Part shown: one piece after another, positions 40,808 through 58,529 of the stretch
How the letters are laid out: every line of letters begins with the position of its first letter
Numbering within the stretch: the stretch's first letter is position 1
Source of the DNA: the human T2T-CHM13v2.0 reference genome, Homo sapiens
DNA length: 64,000 nt
Reading direction: 5' to 3' (one strand)
NCBI RefSeq assembly: GCF_009914755.1
Contig: NC_060926.1
Position numbers and translations under genes: made by a program
The notes under the pieces: model-generated
What the model saw: only the letters and a program-made list of their open reading frames with translations
Told to the model about the DNA's origin: nothing
The model's database searches: none

Positions 40808-41824
40808 ATGGGGAAAAAACAGAACAGAAAAACTGGAAACTCTAAAAAGCAGAGCGCCTCTCCTCCTCCAAAGGAACGCAGTTCCTCACCAGCAACGGAA
40901 CAAAGCTGGATGGAGAATGACTTTGAGGAGTTGAGAGAAGAAAGCTTCAGACGATCAGATTACTCTGAGCTACGAGAGGACATTCAAACCAAAGGCAAAG
41001 AAGTTGAAAACTTTGAAAAAAATTTAGAAGAATGTATAACTAGAATAACCAATACAGAGAAGTGCTTAAAGGAGCTGATGGAGCTGAAAACCAAGGCTCG
41101 AGAACTATGTGAAGAATGCAGAAGCCTCAGGAGCCGATGCAATCAACTGGAAGAAAGCGTATCAGCGATGGACGATGAAATGAATGAAATGAAGCGAGAA
41201 GGGAAGTCTAGAGAAAAAAGAATAAAAAGAAATGAGCAAAGCCTCCAAGAAATATGGGACTATGTGAAAAGACCAAATCTACATCTGATTGGTGTACCTG
41301 AAAGTGATGGGGAGAATGGAACCAAATTGGAAAATACTCTGCAGGATATTATCCAGGAGAACTTCCCCAATCTAGCAAGGCAGGCCAACATTCAGATTCA
41401 GGAAATACAGAGAACGCCACAAAGATAATCCTCGAGAAGAGCAACTCCAAGACACATAATTGTCAGATTCATCAAAGTTGAAATGAAGGAAAAAATGTTA
41501 AGGGCAGCCAGAGAGAAAGGTCGGGTTACCCTCAAAGAGAAGCCCATCAGACTAACAGCGGATCTCTCGGCAGAAACCCTACAAGCCAGAAGAGAGTGGG
41601 GGCCAATATTCAACATTCTTAAAGAAAAGAATTTTCAACCCAGAATTTCATATCCAGCCAAACTAAGCTTCATAAGTGAAGGAGGAATAAAATACTTTAC
41701 AGACAAGCAAATGCTGAGAGACTTGGTCACCACCAGGCCTGCCTTACAAGAGCTCCTGAAGGAAGCACTAAACATGGAAAGGAACAACCGGTACCAGCCA
41801 CTGCAAAATCATGCCAAAATGTAA
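40808..41824 (+). pseudogene. L1 ORF1p, one premature stop
   Basis: MGKKQNRKTGNSK...; in-frame TAA at 41426-41428 splits it into 206-aa and 113-aa ORFs, ending ...PLQNHAKM. Confidence 0.95.
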
Positions 41825-41887
41825 AGACCATCGAGACTAGGAAGAAACTGCATCAACTAACGAGCAAAATCACCAGCTAACATCATA

Positions 41888-45285
<3,398 letters not shown>

Positions 45286-45609
45286 ACAATGAGATCACAT
45301 GGACACAGGAAGGGGAATATCACACTCTGGGGACTGTTGTGGGGTGGGGGGAGGGGGGAGGGATAGCATCGGGATATATACCTAATGCTAGATGACGAGT
45401 TAGTGGGTGCAGCGCACCAGCATGGCACATGTATACATATGTAACTAACCTGCACAATGTGCACATGTACCCTAAAACTTAAAGTATAATAAAAAATAAA
45501 AAAATAAAAATAAAATAAAAAATAAAAAACAAAACAAAAAAAAAAGAAGACATCTTGATCAATCCCATTTAAAATCAGGACACTGCACTTTTCACATTTT
45601 GTGGTGAAA

Positions 45610-45785
45610 CATTTGAATTTCTACTGAGTGCCAGATAGCATGCTAAGTGCTTTCATATGGATTATCACATTTAAATCTAACCACAACTTGTGAGGGGGGT
45701 ATTATTATTCTCTTCATTTTATAAATATGGGAATTGTCATTTCCTAATACATAAGTACTGAGCCCACCAGGTTGGCAAAGGATTT
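45610..45785 (-). mobile_element. MIR fragment
   Basis: TACTGAGTGCCAGATAGCATGCTAAGTGCTTTCATATGGATTATCACATTTAAATC...CATTTTATAAATATGGGAA. Confidence 0.7.
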
Positions 45786-45999
45786 AAAAATCAGACAATG
45801 CAAATAATGAGGACAAATAGTAACTCTAGCACATTTCTATCAAGTGTAAATGCACACCATATAGAGAACTATTTGCCAATATTTAGGGAAGTTGTAGATG
45901 TACCTATCTTATTATCTGACAAGTACACATCTAGTTATACATCCCAAGGCAACTCTCTCACATTAAGAATATCCATTGAAGACTCAGTTGTAATCATGG

Positions 46000-46720
46000 A
46001 AATAACCTCAATGTTCAACCCAAAGCAAATACAGTAAGTTATGCTTACCTACAGAATATTAGAGAGCAGCTACAAAGTATGATTTAAAGTTATAGATATT
46101 GAAATTGATAAATATCAAACATAAAGTTGAGTGAAAAGGAAAGTGCAAAGTGAATATACTTTATGATACCATTTATTTAGAATTTGATACCAGTAAAATC
46201 TTAACAAATATTTCTTATTTCTAACTGTATATGTAGTGAAGTATTAAAAATGTTGAATATGAAATGCTACATACTTCTGAGGGGAAAGGAGGAAGAATGG
46301 ATACCTAAGAGATATACTTAGGAATTTCACCTTGTTATTAGATCTGTGTAGTGGGTACTCATGTGTTCTGCTAAGTTAGTTTATATACTCTTCTCTAATT
46401 TTAATAAAGAAGGGAGAAAAGTAGGAAAAGATCAAAAGCAAAAAACAAAACAAAAACAATAGGATGCTAACAAAAAACACGATGACACACACAAAAGAAT
46501 GAATACAGGTGAAACTGGGGGAATCTGAGTAAAACCAGTGGGTTATACCAACACCAATATCCTGGTTGCCCTGTATTAATATGATTTTGTAAGATGTTAC
46601 CACTGAGGGAAATTGGATAAAGTATATTCAGAAACTGTGTAATTTTGTACCACTGTTTGTGAATTAATTATCTCAATAACAGTTTAAAATAAAAAATTAT
46701 AATAAAAAATAAATTTAAAA
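46000..46720 (+). mobile_element. Ancient L1 3' fragments (L1ME and L1MC/MD-like)
   Basis: ATGATACCATTTATTTAGAATT; AAACTGGGGGAATCTGAGTAAAACCAGTGGGTTATACC...GTAAGATGTTACCACTGAGGGAAATTGG plus A-rich tail. Confidence 0.6.
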
Positions 46721-46892
46721 ATATAATGTTCCCACAAGTCTACCTATCATTGGCTTTTACTAAAAATTTAAAGACTAAATAAATAAATTCATAGGGATCA
46801 ATAAAATCTACAACATTTGTCAGCCACAAAACACTGCTTTTGCTTTTCAAGTTAATTCTTTTCTGAAAAGCACCTTTGTCCCATAGAGATAG

Positions 46893-47695
46893 TGACACGG
46901 GCAAAGTTCCCTTGTTCCCCTTGCAGGGCTGCGATGGGGAAGTGGTGTGCTTCGGTGCCCCTGTTGCTCAGACCTCTAGGGGGCGCATGCGGAGGGGCAG
47001 GCTGTGGGGCTCCAACCGCACAGCAGCATCTAGGGGTGAGAGTTTACAGCTGACGCTCCAGTGGCCGTGTGTTACAGTGTGCTTTTTCAGTTTACCCATC
47101 CATTGGTGGCTTGTGTTAACCAGCTCAATTAGACCCTCTGACTTATTGCAAGGACAGAGGGCTTTGCTGTATCCTGGGTTCCTTTCTTACTGTACCAGAA
47201 AAATCGGAACACACGTGGGCTTGGAGAATGAGTGCAAGGTTTTCAGTGGAAGCAACGCTCAGCAGATAGATGGGCCAAGCCAGAAGATGGATAGAGTGGG
47301 AAGGTGGTTTTACCTGGAGTCAGGCCGCTCAGCAGCTGGGCTCTCCTTTGTCCACCCTCGGCGGAACTCCATGTTGTACCACCGGTCGATGGCCTGGTGG
47401 CGTCTGCTTGTGTCTGCCCGTGTGTCCTTCCGCGGTGTGTGCCACTGAACATCCAGACGCTTGTGTGTTCTTCCGCTGGTGTGTTCCTCTTGACATCCAG
47501 CGGCCTGTGTTTCTGCCTGCTAGGGTCCCTGGGTTTTTATAGGCACGGGATGGGGGCGTGGCGGGCCACGGTGGTCTTGGAAAATGCAACATTTGAGTCC
47601 TCACCTAGGTCCGTGGGCACAGGCCCGGGGGTGGAGCGCTAGCTAGGGACCCGCCCTTCTCCTCCAAGCACTCCCCTTCCCCCGCTCCCATATCA
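46893..47695 (-). mobile_element. Solo LTR1-family ERV1 LTR
   Basis: TG...CA ends; minus-strand CTCCACCCCCGGGCCTGTGCCCACGGACCTAGGTGAGGAC and TATA CCTATAAAAACCC (about 47531-47543); 4-bp TSD ATAG at 46889-46892 and 47696-47699. Confidence 0.9.
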
Positions 47696-47947
47696 ATAGC
47701 ATGTGTGCTAGGCTTGCTTACTAGGAAATAAAATGGTCAAATGCCTAAGAAAATCACCAAAAAGTTGTTTGCCTTCTGGAAATTACAGATATAAATGTGA
47801 TCTTTAATGAATTATTAAATACATAAAAAATAATATTGTGGCTCAAAATCTTGTATATATAAATAAGCCATCTTTGTTGATAATTATTAATACACTTTAC
47901 AGTGAGTCTACATCAGAGAATCTTAATACAAAAGTTGACAACCAAAC

Positions 47948-48133
47948 CAGAGTATTTCAAGGTTGATCTCATGGTAACTCCTAATAATCTTTGGTGACTG
48001 AAAAATGCAGAATTCCAGTCAGAATTCAAAACTTTTGAATTGAGATCTCTTATGATGTGGCCCAAAGGTTTATACATTGACATAAATGTTCTTTTAATAT
48101 GTATTATTGCTGTACAAAGAAACTTGAGAACTG
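47948..48133. mobile_element. MER5-type fragment
   Basis: CAGAGTATTTCAAG...AAAAATGCAGAATTCC...AAACTTGAGAACTG. Confidence 0.45.
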
Positions 48134-50741
48134 TTTATTTGAATACTTGAATTATCCTTGTTGGCTATCAGTTTATGAAATCAACCAACTGTAATCAACA
48201 CTTTATAGCTTGCATTGTAAAACTGTAAAATCCATCCCCCTTTAATCTAGCAGTTTATTTTGTGTCTAACTAGGCATGGGTAAGTAGTGCCAGTGTGTAA
48301 CCAGGTGAGACCATTAAAGCTGCTGTGATGTTTAGACCTTAGGTGTGAGCTTAAGGGCAATTCAAGGAACAACAGGATTTGTGAACATTTGTATTAGTAC
48401 AAAATAACTTATCCATGTAAAAAAATGTGTTTTTGTCATGTGTGAGAGCAGGAACACTCATAAGTTTCTCCCTAGCAATGTCTAGCTCATTGTAATGTTC
48501 AAAAAAATTTTTTTAATTAAATGAATGAGATCTTGGAAACACAATATTCCATAGACAGAGCTTGGAAAATATTTTTTGAAATACCTTTTAAAAAGTCCTT
48601 GGAATAATTAGGCTTTCCTAATTATTTCACAACCACACTAATAATCTGAGGTAGATGTTTAATTTCGTGTCTTTCCACACCCCCCAACTATTTGGAGATC
48701 ACCTGGTTTTAACCTGCATCCAGAGCTGTCTTGCTGGGCTAATGGAGACTCGTGTGGCACACGTCAGGCGGCAGTTAAATAGGGTTGCTCCTGCTGCTTC
48801 CCTCATTGCCCAATTACCTGACTGACTCTTGCAAGTCATAGCTCATGGAATCCTACAACTGGGCACACCAGGGCACCTGATCAAACATGATTTTTCAGGC
48901 CCACAAGTCACAGTTCTGCTCTATCTCAAAGCAAAGATCTGCCAAGCTCTTAAGATGATTTAGCCTGGAGTATTTTAAATAACTTCAGAAAATGCAAAGC
49001 TTTCTGTCGGTTTGAACACTTCCTGTCACTTTTTAGAACACCTGGCACTCAAATATTTAAATTACAATTCCAGCTTTAATGTGAAGGAACTAACAATAAA
49101 TCCTTTCTCTTCCCATAATACTTCGGGTCTGACTTTTCTTTAATTTTCTAAAAATGCAGATTTGGGAAATGAAATTAGCAATGCAAGGTGAACCTAGTGT
49201 GAATTTTACTGAAGATTATGCAAATGCAGGAAATTATAATTCTATCAGGATGTCATTACATGTGTCTACTTAGACACACATTTTCTGCTATGTTTAAGTT
49301 AAACAAAACACTAAATGACTATGTAGTATGACATCTCATTAATATGTTTCCATTCACATCTGTGCCTTTAGTATAAAAAAAAAGACTGCTTCAATGATAA
49401 GAGATTAGGTCCTTTAATTAGAAACAAATGACAAATCACTGTTAACCCCATGTGATGCTTTCTAAAACTTCCATCACATATTCCTCTTAAAACATTATTA
49501 AACATAAGTTCCCCAGATCTACTTCCTAGAAAGTGCCATTTAACAAAACCCAGGCAGGATGTTAATACTGAGGCGGAATTACAGGTTGCCAAAGCATTTC
49601 CTGTGAGAGGATTGACAGGGGATCATTTTGTTATGGGGCCACCTCCAGTGTGTTGTGACAACCACTCATTACACCTCTAAGCAGAGCACTCAGCTGTAGG
49701 TTTCTACAAGATGCAAATAGCTCCAAATGGGTTCAATTTAGAGCGAGTGGATAATGTATCACTCATTTCTCTAAGGTAGAAGCTTTTAATTTCCCAAGAA
49801 CAGGAAAGAGAGGAACATTTCAGTTTCTGGAAAAAAAACATTCAGTTAACCAACTATGCCTGAGAAATGGAGTCACAATAGCAATATCTGTTACATTGTA
49901 AATAAAAACACTTCACCTGCCTTGTTTCCCCTTGGCCCAAAACGAAACACCAAGTGGTCAAGTGAGCATCACCTCTCAATAAATATAATTACCCACTTAA
50001 GAGCTCAATGTCAAAAACTAGTAACCTCTAAGTGATGGTAGGTTTTTCTCTTACAAAAGGAACTGCTTACAAAGCTACTATAGTTAATTATAATAATACT
50101 CAAAAAGTGTTTAAAACACATTTTGATATAGAAAAAATATCATGGAAAGCTTTCACAGTTGGACTTTAATATTTTAGTGTGCTAGTTTTTATACCCCTCT
50201 GTGATTTTACTCCCACTGTTCTATTACTGATTTTAGTAAGTGTTGCTAACAATGGAATACAGCAGCCTCTACTACCAGCTATTTAGAAGAGAGGTACGCT
50301 GATGTGGATTGGAAAAAGTCAATAAGCCCATTTAAGATTCCTGTGTTTAACAAAGCCACAGGAGAAGCCAGCGAGCTACAAAACATGCCCATGTTACAAG
50401 ACGGTTGTTTTTTGCTATGAGTACATTAATGAGCAGAATGTTCTTTGCTATAAAACACCAGCATCACTCTGGCCATGATTACTGAAATACTCTCTGGATG
50501 TCAATGTCCTTTTGTTTTGAGTACTTTACTAAGAAATTAATTATCCACTAGGAATCCACTGAGATGGGTCTATAGCTGACCTATGTAAAAATAATAATGA
50601 ATCTGTCTGAAAAGATATGAACTGAAAGTACAGAAAGAGGGTTTCTTTAAGTCTGCTATATGATGTAGAATACTTACTAGTGATCCTGAAAGTTTGCTCT
50701 TCATTTTTATAAAATTAAGTTTTAAAGATTATTTTTCCATA

Positions 50742-50912
50742 ATCATATATATTTTTATAATATATATTTAATTTATATGTATGTTATAGAAATTATATGT
50801 ATAAATATAAATATATATGCCATTCTCTGTCTCTCTGAATATATATTCTAAATAGCTGATGCATATATACCCACACACACACACAAACACACATGCATAT
50901 ATATATATATAT
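50742..50912. repeat. TA/CA low-complexity tract
   Basis: Degenerate (TA)n and (CA)n runs. Confidence 0.8.
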
Positions 50913-50919
50913 TTAAAGA

Positions 50920-51170
50920 GACAGAGAACAGTTTATTTGGGAGATGGTCCCAGGAAACACAGGTAGGAGAGAAAAAAAGCGATACGGGGAAGAGAAGGCA
51001 GTCACTCAAGTATGTGTTATCAAGAAAGTTGTTTAATTTTGCTGAGGAGCTCTGGGGATTGGTGCAGATTTCACTGGCTGCCCAGTTACCTAGACATGGA
51101 GCAAGGGAAGCTTGCATTTACAGACCTGTTTCCAGCAGTTACTGGCCTGTTGCTATTTCTAAAGTGTAAC
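50920..51170 (-). mobile_element. LTR16-like ERVL LTR fragment
   Basis: AGTTTATTTGGGAGATGGTCCCAGGAAACACAGGTAGGAGAG...GGGAAGAGAAGGCAGTC...TGTGTTATCAAG. Confidence 0.65.
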
Positions 51171-51482
51171 AGTTCTCCACCATTTAGGTAACTTAATTAA
51201 ATAAATAATAAAGGGGCAGAAACTGTTGGCTTTCTACTATTGTCCCTTCCTTCTTTAGTAATAGAATGCATAATTTTTAGTTAAGTCATGTGGCTTTCTG
51301 TATTAAAATAATATTTCCCAGCCACCCTTAACCAAGTTTTTTTTTTGTATATAATAAGATATAATCAGAAGTGTCTGTGTAGCTTTTGAGCAGTGATGTG
51401 AAAGAAAGGAGTTTCTCTTTCTTGAACTTGGCCTCCCTCCTACTGGCTGTTGGCATATATGTATAGAGACACACACATATAA

Positions 51483-51852
51483 CACTGGAGGTGGGGCCTG
51501 GTAGGAGGTGATTGGATCATAGGGACAGGTTCTCACAAATGGTTTAGCACCATCCCTCTTGGTACTGCCCCTTTGAGAGTGAATGAACTCTCTGAGATCT
51601 GGTCATTTAAAAGTGTCTAGCAGCTCCTCCCTTGCTCTCTTGCTCCTACTCTGTCTGTATGAGATGCGTGCTCCCATTTTGCCTTGTGCCATGATTCTAA
51701 GTTTCCTGAGGCCTCCTCTAAGCAGATGCCAGCATCATGCTTCCTATACAGCTTGCAGAACTATGAGCTAATTAAACATCCTTTTCTTTATAAATTACCT
51801 AGTCTCAGGTATGTCTTTGTAGTAATGTGAGAATGAATTAATAATTAATACA
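51483..51852 (+). mobile_element. MSTA/B MaLR LTR (missing first ~50 nt)
   Basis: GGAGGTGGGGCCTGGTAGGAGGTGATTGGATCAT...TAAATTACCTAGTCTCAGGTATGTCTTTGTAG...TAATACA. Confidence 0.88.
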
Positions 51853-52660
51853 ATGCATATAGAAACTCTTGCTTAGAGTGCTAGGAGAAATGTTTCATAA
51901 TGTCCATAGCAGCATTTTTGAAACAGCAAAATATGGGGGGTAAAATCCCACCAATAGAATAATGAATAACTGTTGATATATTCATACAGTTGAATACTGT
52001 AGAGTAGGGAAGTAAATGAAGAATAGTTATATACAGGAACATGTGTGAATCTCTAAATATAATATTGAGCAAAAAGAAATAACAGAACACATATGATTCT
52101 ATTTACTTAAAGTTCAAAATAAAAGACAAAATATAAATAGATTTCTACTTCTGTCCATGAATTATTATCTGCAATAGAAATTTCCATTCCATCATAAAAA
52201 AAAAAAACAGTAAAAACAGCATAAAATAGATGGAACTGTTTACAGATATTTGACAACATGCTGCACAGAACTGTGATTCATACGAGAAAGAAAGCAAACA
52301 AGATGAGCCATACAGTTGCCCAGTTTACTACCAGGATTCAGTTTCTAGGCCACATCCCAGGGAGAAAAAAATGAAACAGAGCCTGGAGGTTACACTGAGG
52401 TGAGAAAACTTGTAGGAGTTCAGGAAAGCTGAGACAGTTGTAGAGAATATTGAAAATGATGGTACCGAAGAGAAGCAAAACTCCCAAGATCTTCAGAAGG
52501 GTCCCACTGAGTGCCTTTGGCCATGTTACTGATGGAGTCATGCATAGACAAACTCCACAAGAAGAGGGTAGAAATAATGATTCCCAGCATCAGTGAAAAG
52601 CTAGGAGTAGTTGAAGTTATCGCTACCAGAGCAACCTCATAACAAGTAAATAAATAATCA

Positions 52661-52975
52661 GTCCAGGCAAAGTGGCCCGTGTCTCTACTTCCAGCACGTT
52701 GGGAGGCCAAGGTGGAAGAATCGCTTGAAGCCAGGAGTTCAGGACCGGCTTCGGCAATGCAACAAGATCCTATCTCTACAAAAAATAAAAATTAAAAAAA
52801 GTATTCAAGAATGGTGGCATTGTGTTTGTAGTCCCAGCTACTCAAGAGGCTGAGGCGGAAGGATCACTTGAGCCCAGGATTTGAGGTTGCTGAGGTTACA
52901 GTGAGCTATGATTGCACCACTGCACTACAGCCTGGGTGATAGAGCAAGACCTTGTCTCTGAAATAGTAATAATAA
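52661..52975 (+). mobile_element. AluJ (Jo/Jr-like)
   Basis: Diverged dimer with GGATCACTTGAGCCCAGG and GTGAGCTATGATTG. Confidence 0.9.
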
Positions 52976-53059
52976 AAACTTTGGTTAGAATTCTCAGAAG
53001 GGATTTCTATTAGTGGCTAAATTAGCATCAGAATAAATGCTACATTGCTCTTTCCCTAA

Positions 53060-53461
<402 letters not shown>

Positions 53462-53907
53462 TAGCCTAACATTCTTTAAGAGAATATTACAAAATTCAGC
53501 ACTCAGCAACATAAATTTCAGAATGCCTGCCATGCAAAAAATATCCCAGATATACAAATCAGTAAGAAAAAATAATTAATAGAAATAGCTATAGAGATTA
53601 GGGAGAAGATAGAATTAGAAGACAAAAATCTTAAAACAACTTTCATAAAGTTTAGAATAGGATACAAAGGACCACGTGGATGTAATGAAGACAGAGAATG
53701 AAGATACAAAACACTCCACTGGAACTTGTAGAGATAAAAATAAATATACAACTTGGAAAATATATTCAATAGGATTAACAGGTGATTAGATACGGCAGAA
53801 GGAAAAAAATCAAATTTGAAATTAACATAGGAATAGAAAGTATCCAAAATAAAGCAAAGAGAAAAGTAAACACTATAAAATAATAGAGTATCAGTAATCT
53901 GTGGGAC

Positions 53908-54279
53908 TGTATTAGTTTTCTATTGCCACTGTAAAAATTACCAGAGATGTGAATTAACCAACACAAATTCATTATTTTACAGTTCTGTGGTTAGAAGGTC
54001 TACATAGAACTCACTGGGCTATGGTCAATGTTCAGGCAGGCTACATTCCTTCTGAAGGCTCTAGGGTACAATCTCTGCCTTTTCCAGTTTCTAAAGGCTA
54101 TCCCCTTTCCGTGGCACATGGCTTCTTTCTATTTTTAAGCCAACAACAGTGAGTTGATGTCATACCTTACAATTATATTTGCAAAGTCCCTTATACCATG
54201 TAAGATACCATAGTCAGTCTCAGGTTCTGGGCACTAAGATGTGTTCTTGGGATGGGGAGGCATTATTCTGAGCACCATG
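53908..54279 (-). mobile_element. MLT1C/D MaLR LTR
   Basis: TGTATTAGTTTTCTATTGCC...CCTTCTGAAGGCTCTAGGG...; 5-bp TSD GGGAC at 53903-53907 and 54280-54284. Confidence 0.85.
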
Positions 54280-55953
54280 GGGACAAAACTAAAGAGTGTG
54301 TGTGTGTGTGAATATATAACTGGAGTCCCAGGAAGAGGAATGGGAGACAGCAAAAATATTTGAAGAAATTACAACCAAAATTGATAAAAAGTATAAAACC
54401 ACAGATCCAAGAATCTCATAAAAATTCTAGCAGAATAAGAAAAAATAAAATCATCTAAAGGCATATCAAAATCAAATTCCTACATACCAATGATAAAGAG
54501 AAAAATCTTAAGACCATCCAAAGAAAAGAGACACATATGAAAACAAAACAAAACAATCAAACAGATAGATAAACAGAAAAACTTGTTGCCAGAAACCATG
54601 TTTGCTTAAAGATAAGGGAGTAACATCTTTTAATATTGTGGGAAGGGTGGAAGTTGACAACTGTCAAACTAGAATTCCATCTTCTTTGCAAACTATATTT
54701 CAAAAGTAACAACATAATGAAGCCTTTTTCAGAAAATATAAATTGAGAATTCATCACCAGATAATTAAACCCCAACAAATGTTAAAGGAAATTCTTCAGA
54801 CAAAGGAAAATAATACCAGATTAAAATTTGAATCTGCAGAAATAAATGAAGTGGACCACTAATGATAAACAGGTTGGAAACACATTTTGTAACACACACC
54901 CACAGACACACATACACACACGCCCACGACACACAAATCTTTTATTTTAATCTCTATGAAATATATTTAACTGTTTAAATAAAAAATGCCACATGATGTA
55001 TTTTGGGTTTTATAACATGTAGAAGTAAATTATGTAACAAAAAAGCACAAAGAATAGGAGAGATGCAAGTAGATTGCTGAAAGTGCTTACATTTTATGTG
55101 AAGGAGTATGATGATGGTTAAGATAAACTATAAGCAACAACTTTATCTTGTTAAACCTAAAGCAACAACTAAAATTATAAAAGGAAGTGCAGTTAATAAA
55201 GGAATAATGGAGATAAAGTGTAAGGATAAAAACAGATGATACAAAAGAAAGAAGAAAAAGAGGGAAAACATAGAAAGAAAAATTACACAAATAGAAAGGA
55301 TATAACACAACGGTAGATTTTAAGACAACCATATCAAGAATTTCATTAAGTGCAAAAGATCTAGATATTCCAAATAAAAGACAGAAAGTTTTACATTGGA
55401 TGAAAAAGTAAGACTAAACTATGTAAAAGTTTACACAAAGACATGCTTTAAATATAAAGGCAATATTTATTAAAAGTGAAAGACTGGAAAAGCTACACTA
55501 TAAAACAAGAAATCAAAAGAAAGCTGAAAATGCTATAATGATGTCAGAGAAGTGAGATTCAAGCAAAAATTAAAATTAACAAAAGTAAAGCAGGACTTAT
55601 TAAAATGAAAATGAGGTCAATTCATCAAAAAGTCATAACTGTCTCACAGGTGTATGCACCTAATATCAGAATAAAAATCGTGAAACAAATTGAAATAACT
55701 AATAAAAGAAATACACTAACAATTACACTCTGATATTTCAATTCTTTTTTCCCAGTGTTGGTAGAATATGTAGTCACAAATTAAGTAATGATAGAAAAAG
55801 CTTGCATAAAATATTAGTCAATTTGACCTAATTGACAGTTTAGAACACTTGACCTATCAATAGCAGAATACACAGCATATCAAGTAAACATTAAATATTG
55901 ACAAAGATAAATTATATTTTGAACTAAAAAGCAAGGCATAAGATGTCTTTCTT

Positions 55954-56247
55954 TTTTTTTTTTTTAACACAGAAGTTCACTCTTGTGGCTGAAGCTGGAG
56001 TGCAGTGGTGTGTTCTCTGCTCACTGCAACTCCGCCTCCTGGGTTCAAGCAATTCTCCTGCCTCAGCCTCCTGAGTAGTTGGGATTACAGGCGCGGGTCA
56101 CCACGCCTGGCTAACTTTTGTATTTTTAGTAGAGATGGGGTTTCACCATGTTGGCTGGGCTGGTCTCTAACTCCTGACCTCAGGTGATCCACCCACCTTG
56201 GCCTCCCAAAGTGCTGAGATTACAGGTGTGAGCCACAGCGCCCGGCC
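55954..56247 (-). mobile_element. AluS (Sx/Sq-like)
   Basis: Reverse Alu; TSD AA(G/A)ATGTCTTTCTT at 55940-55953 and 56248-56261. Confidence 0.93.
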
Positions 56248-56646
56248 AAAATGTCTTTCTTAATCACACCAAAAGTAAACAAACAAAAAACTAAAATGAA
56301 AACAAAACAAAAAACCGAAAAGTTTAAATGGAAGAAAGATAAGATAATCTATAAAAATTAAACAATCCAAGAAACCATGTATAATATAATTAATTACGAG
56401 AAAAAAACTTAAATAAAAACACATCATATCAAAATGTTGCAGAGAAAGCAAAAATTGACAAATGGGATCTAATTAAAATAAAGAGCTTCTGCACAGCAAA
56501 AGAAACTATCAACAGAGTAAACAGACAACCTACAGAATGGGAGAAAAAGTTTGTAATCTATGCATCTGACAAAGGTCTAATATCCAGTATCTATAAGAAA
56601 CTTAAATTTACAAAAAGAAAACAACCCCATTAAAAAGTGAGTAAAG

Positions 56647-57332
<686 letters not shown>

Positions 57333-58144
57333 TCAACCTCACTGATCATTATAGAAATGCACATCAAAACCACAATGAGATACCATTTCATACCAGTCAG
57401 AATGGCTATTATTAAAATGTCAAAAAATAACAGATGCTGGAGAGGTTGTGGAGAAAAATGAATGCTTTTACACTGTTGGTGGGAATATAAATTAATTCAA
57501 CCATTGTAGAAGACAGTGTAGCAATTCCTCAAAGACCTGGAAACAGAGATATTATACCAGTTGACCCAGAAGTACCATTATTGGGTATATACCCAAAGGA
57601 ATATAGACTGTTCTATTATAAAGACATATGTGCAGATATGTTCATTGCAGCACTATTCACAATAGTAAAGACATAGAATCAACCTAAATGCCCATCAGTG
57701 ATAGACTGGATAAAGAAAATGTGGTACATATACACCATGGAATACTATGCAGCCATTAAAAGGAGACAGGATAATGTCCTTTGCAGGGACATGGATGGAG
57801 CTAGAGGCCACTGTCCTTAGCAAAGTAATGCAGGAACAGAAAACCAAATACCACATGTTCTCTAAGTACTTGTAAGTGGGAGCTAAATGATGAGAACACA
57901 TGGACACATTGCAGGAAACAACACATACTGAGGCCTGTTGGAGGGCTGTGGGTGGGAGGCGGGAGAGGATCAGGAAGAATGGCTAGTGGATGCTGGGCTT
58001 AATACCTGGGGGATGGGATGATCTGTGCAGCATACCACCATGGCACACATTTACCTATGTAACAAACCTGCATATCCTGCACATGCACCCCTGAACGTAA
58101 ACTTAAAAGTTGAAGAAAATGTGGCAGAGGCAGTTAAAACAATG

Positions 58145-58529
58145 TGTATTACTTTGCTAGGGCTGCCATAACAACTACAACATACTGGGTGGCTTAAATC
58201 ACAGATATTTTCTTACAGTTCTGGAGGCTAAAAATCTGAGATTAAGGTTTTCAGTGGAGCTGGTTTGTTCTCAGGTCTCTTGCCTTTGCTTGTAGATGGC
58301 CATCTTCATTTTCACTTGATTTTCCCTCTGTGCATGTCTATGTCCTAATTTCCTCTTCTTATTAGTACACCAGTCACAGGAGATTAGGGCTCATCTGTAT
58401 TACCTCATTTTCCCTTTATTTCCAATTAAAAAGCTCTATCTCCAAATACAGTCACATTCTGAAATACTGGGGGTTAGGACTTTAACCTATGAATTTTGGG
58501 AGTAGGGAGACACAATTCAGCACAAAACA
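58145..58529 (-). mobile_element. MLT1B-like MaLR LTR
   Basis: TGTATTACTTTGCTAGGGCTGCCATAACAA...GACACAATTCAGCACAAAACA; TSD CAATG/TAATG. Confidence 0.88.

Noticed and set aside
45340-45362. G-quadruplex motif
   Set aside because: Real, but it is the standard L1 3'UTR G-tract and not specific to this locus
46876-47642. 190-aa and 112-aa ORFs
   Set aside because: Lie within a solo LTR1, have no recognisable domain, and the longest starts at a non-ATG codon
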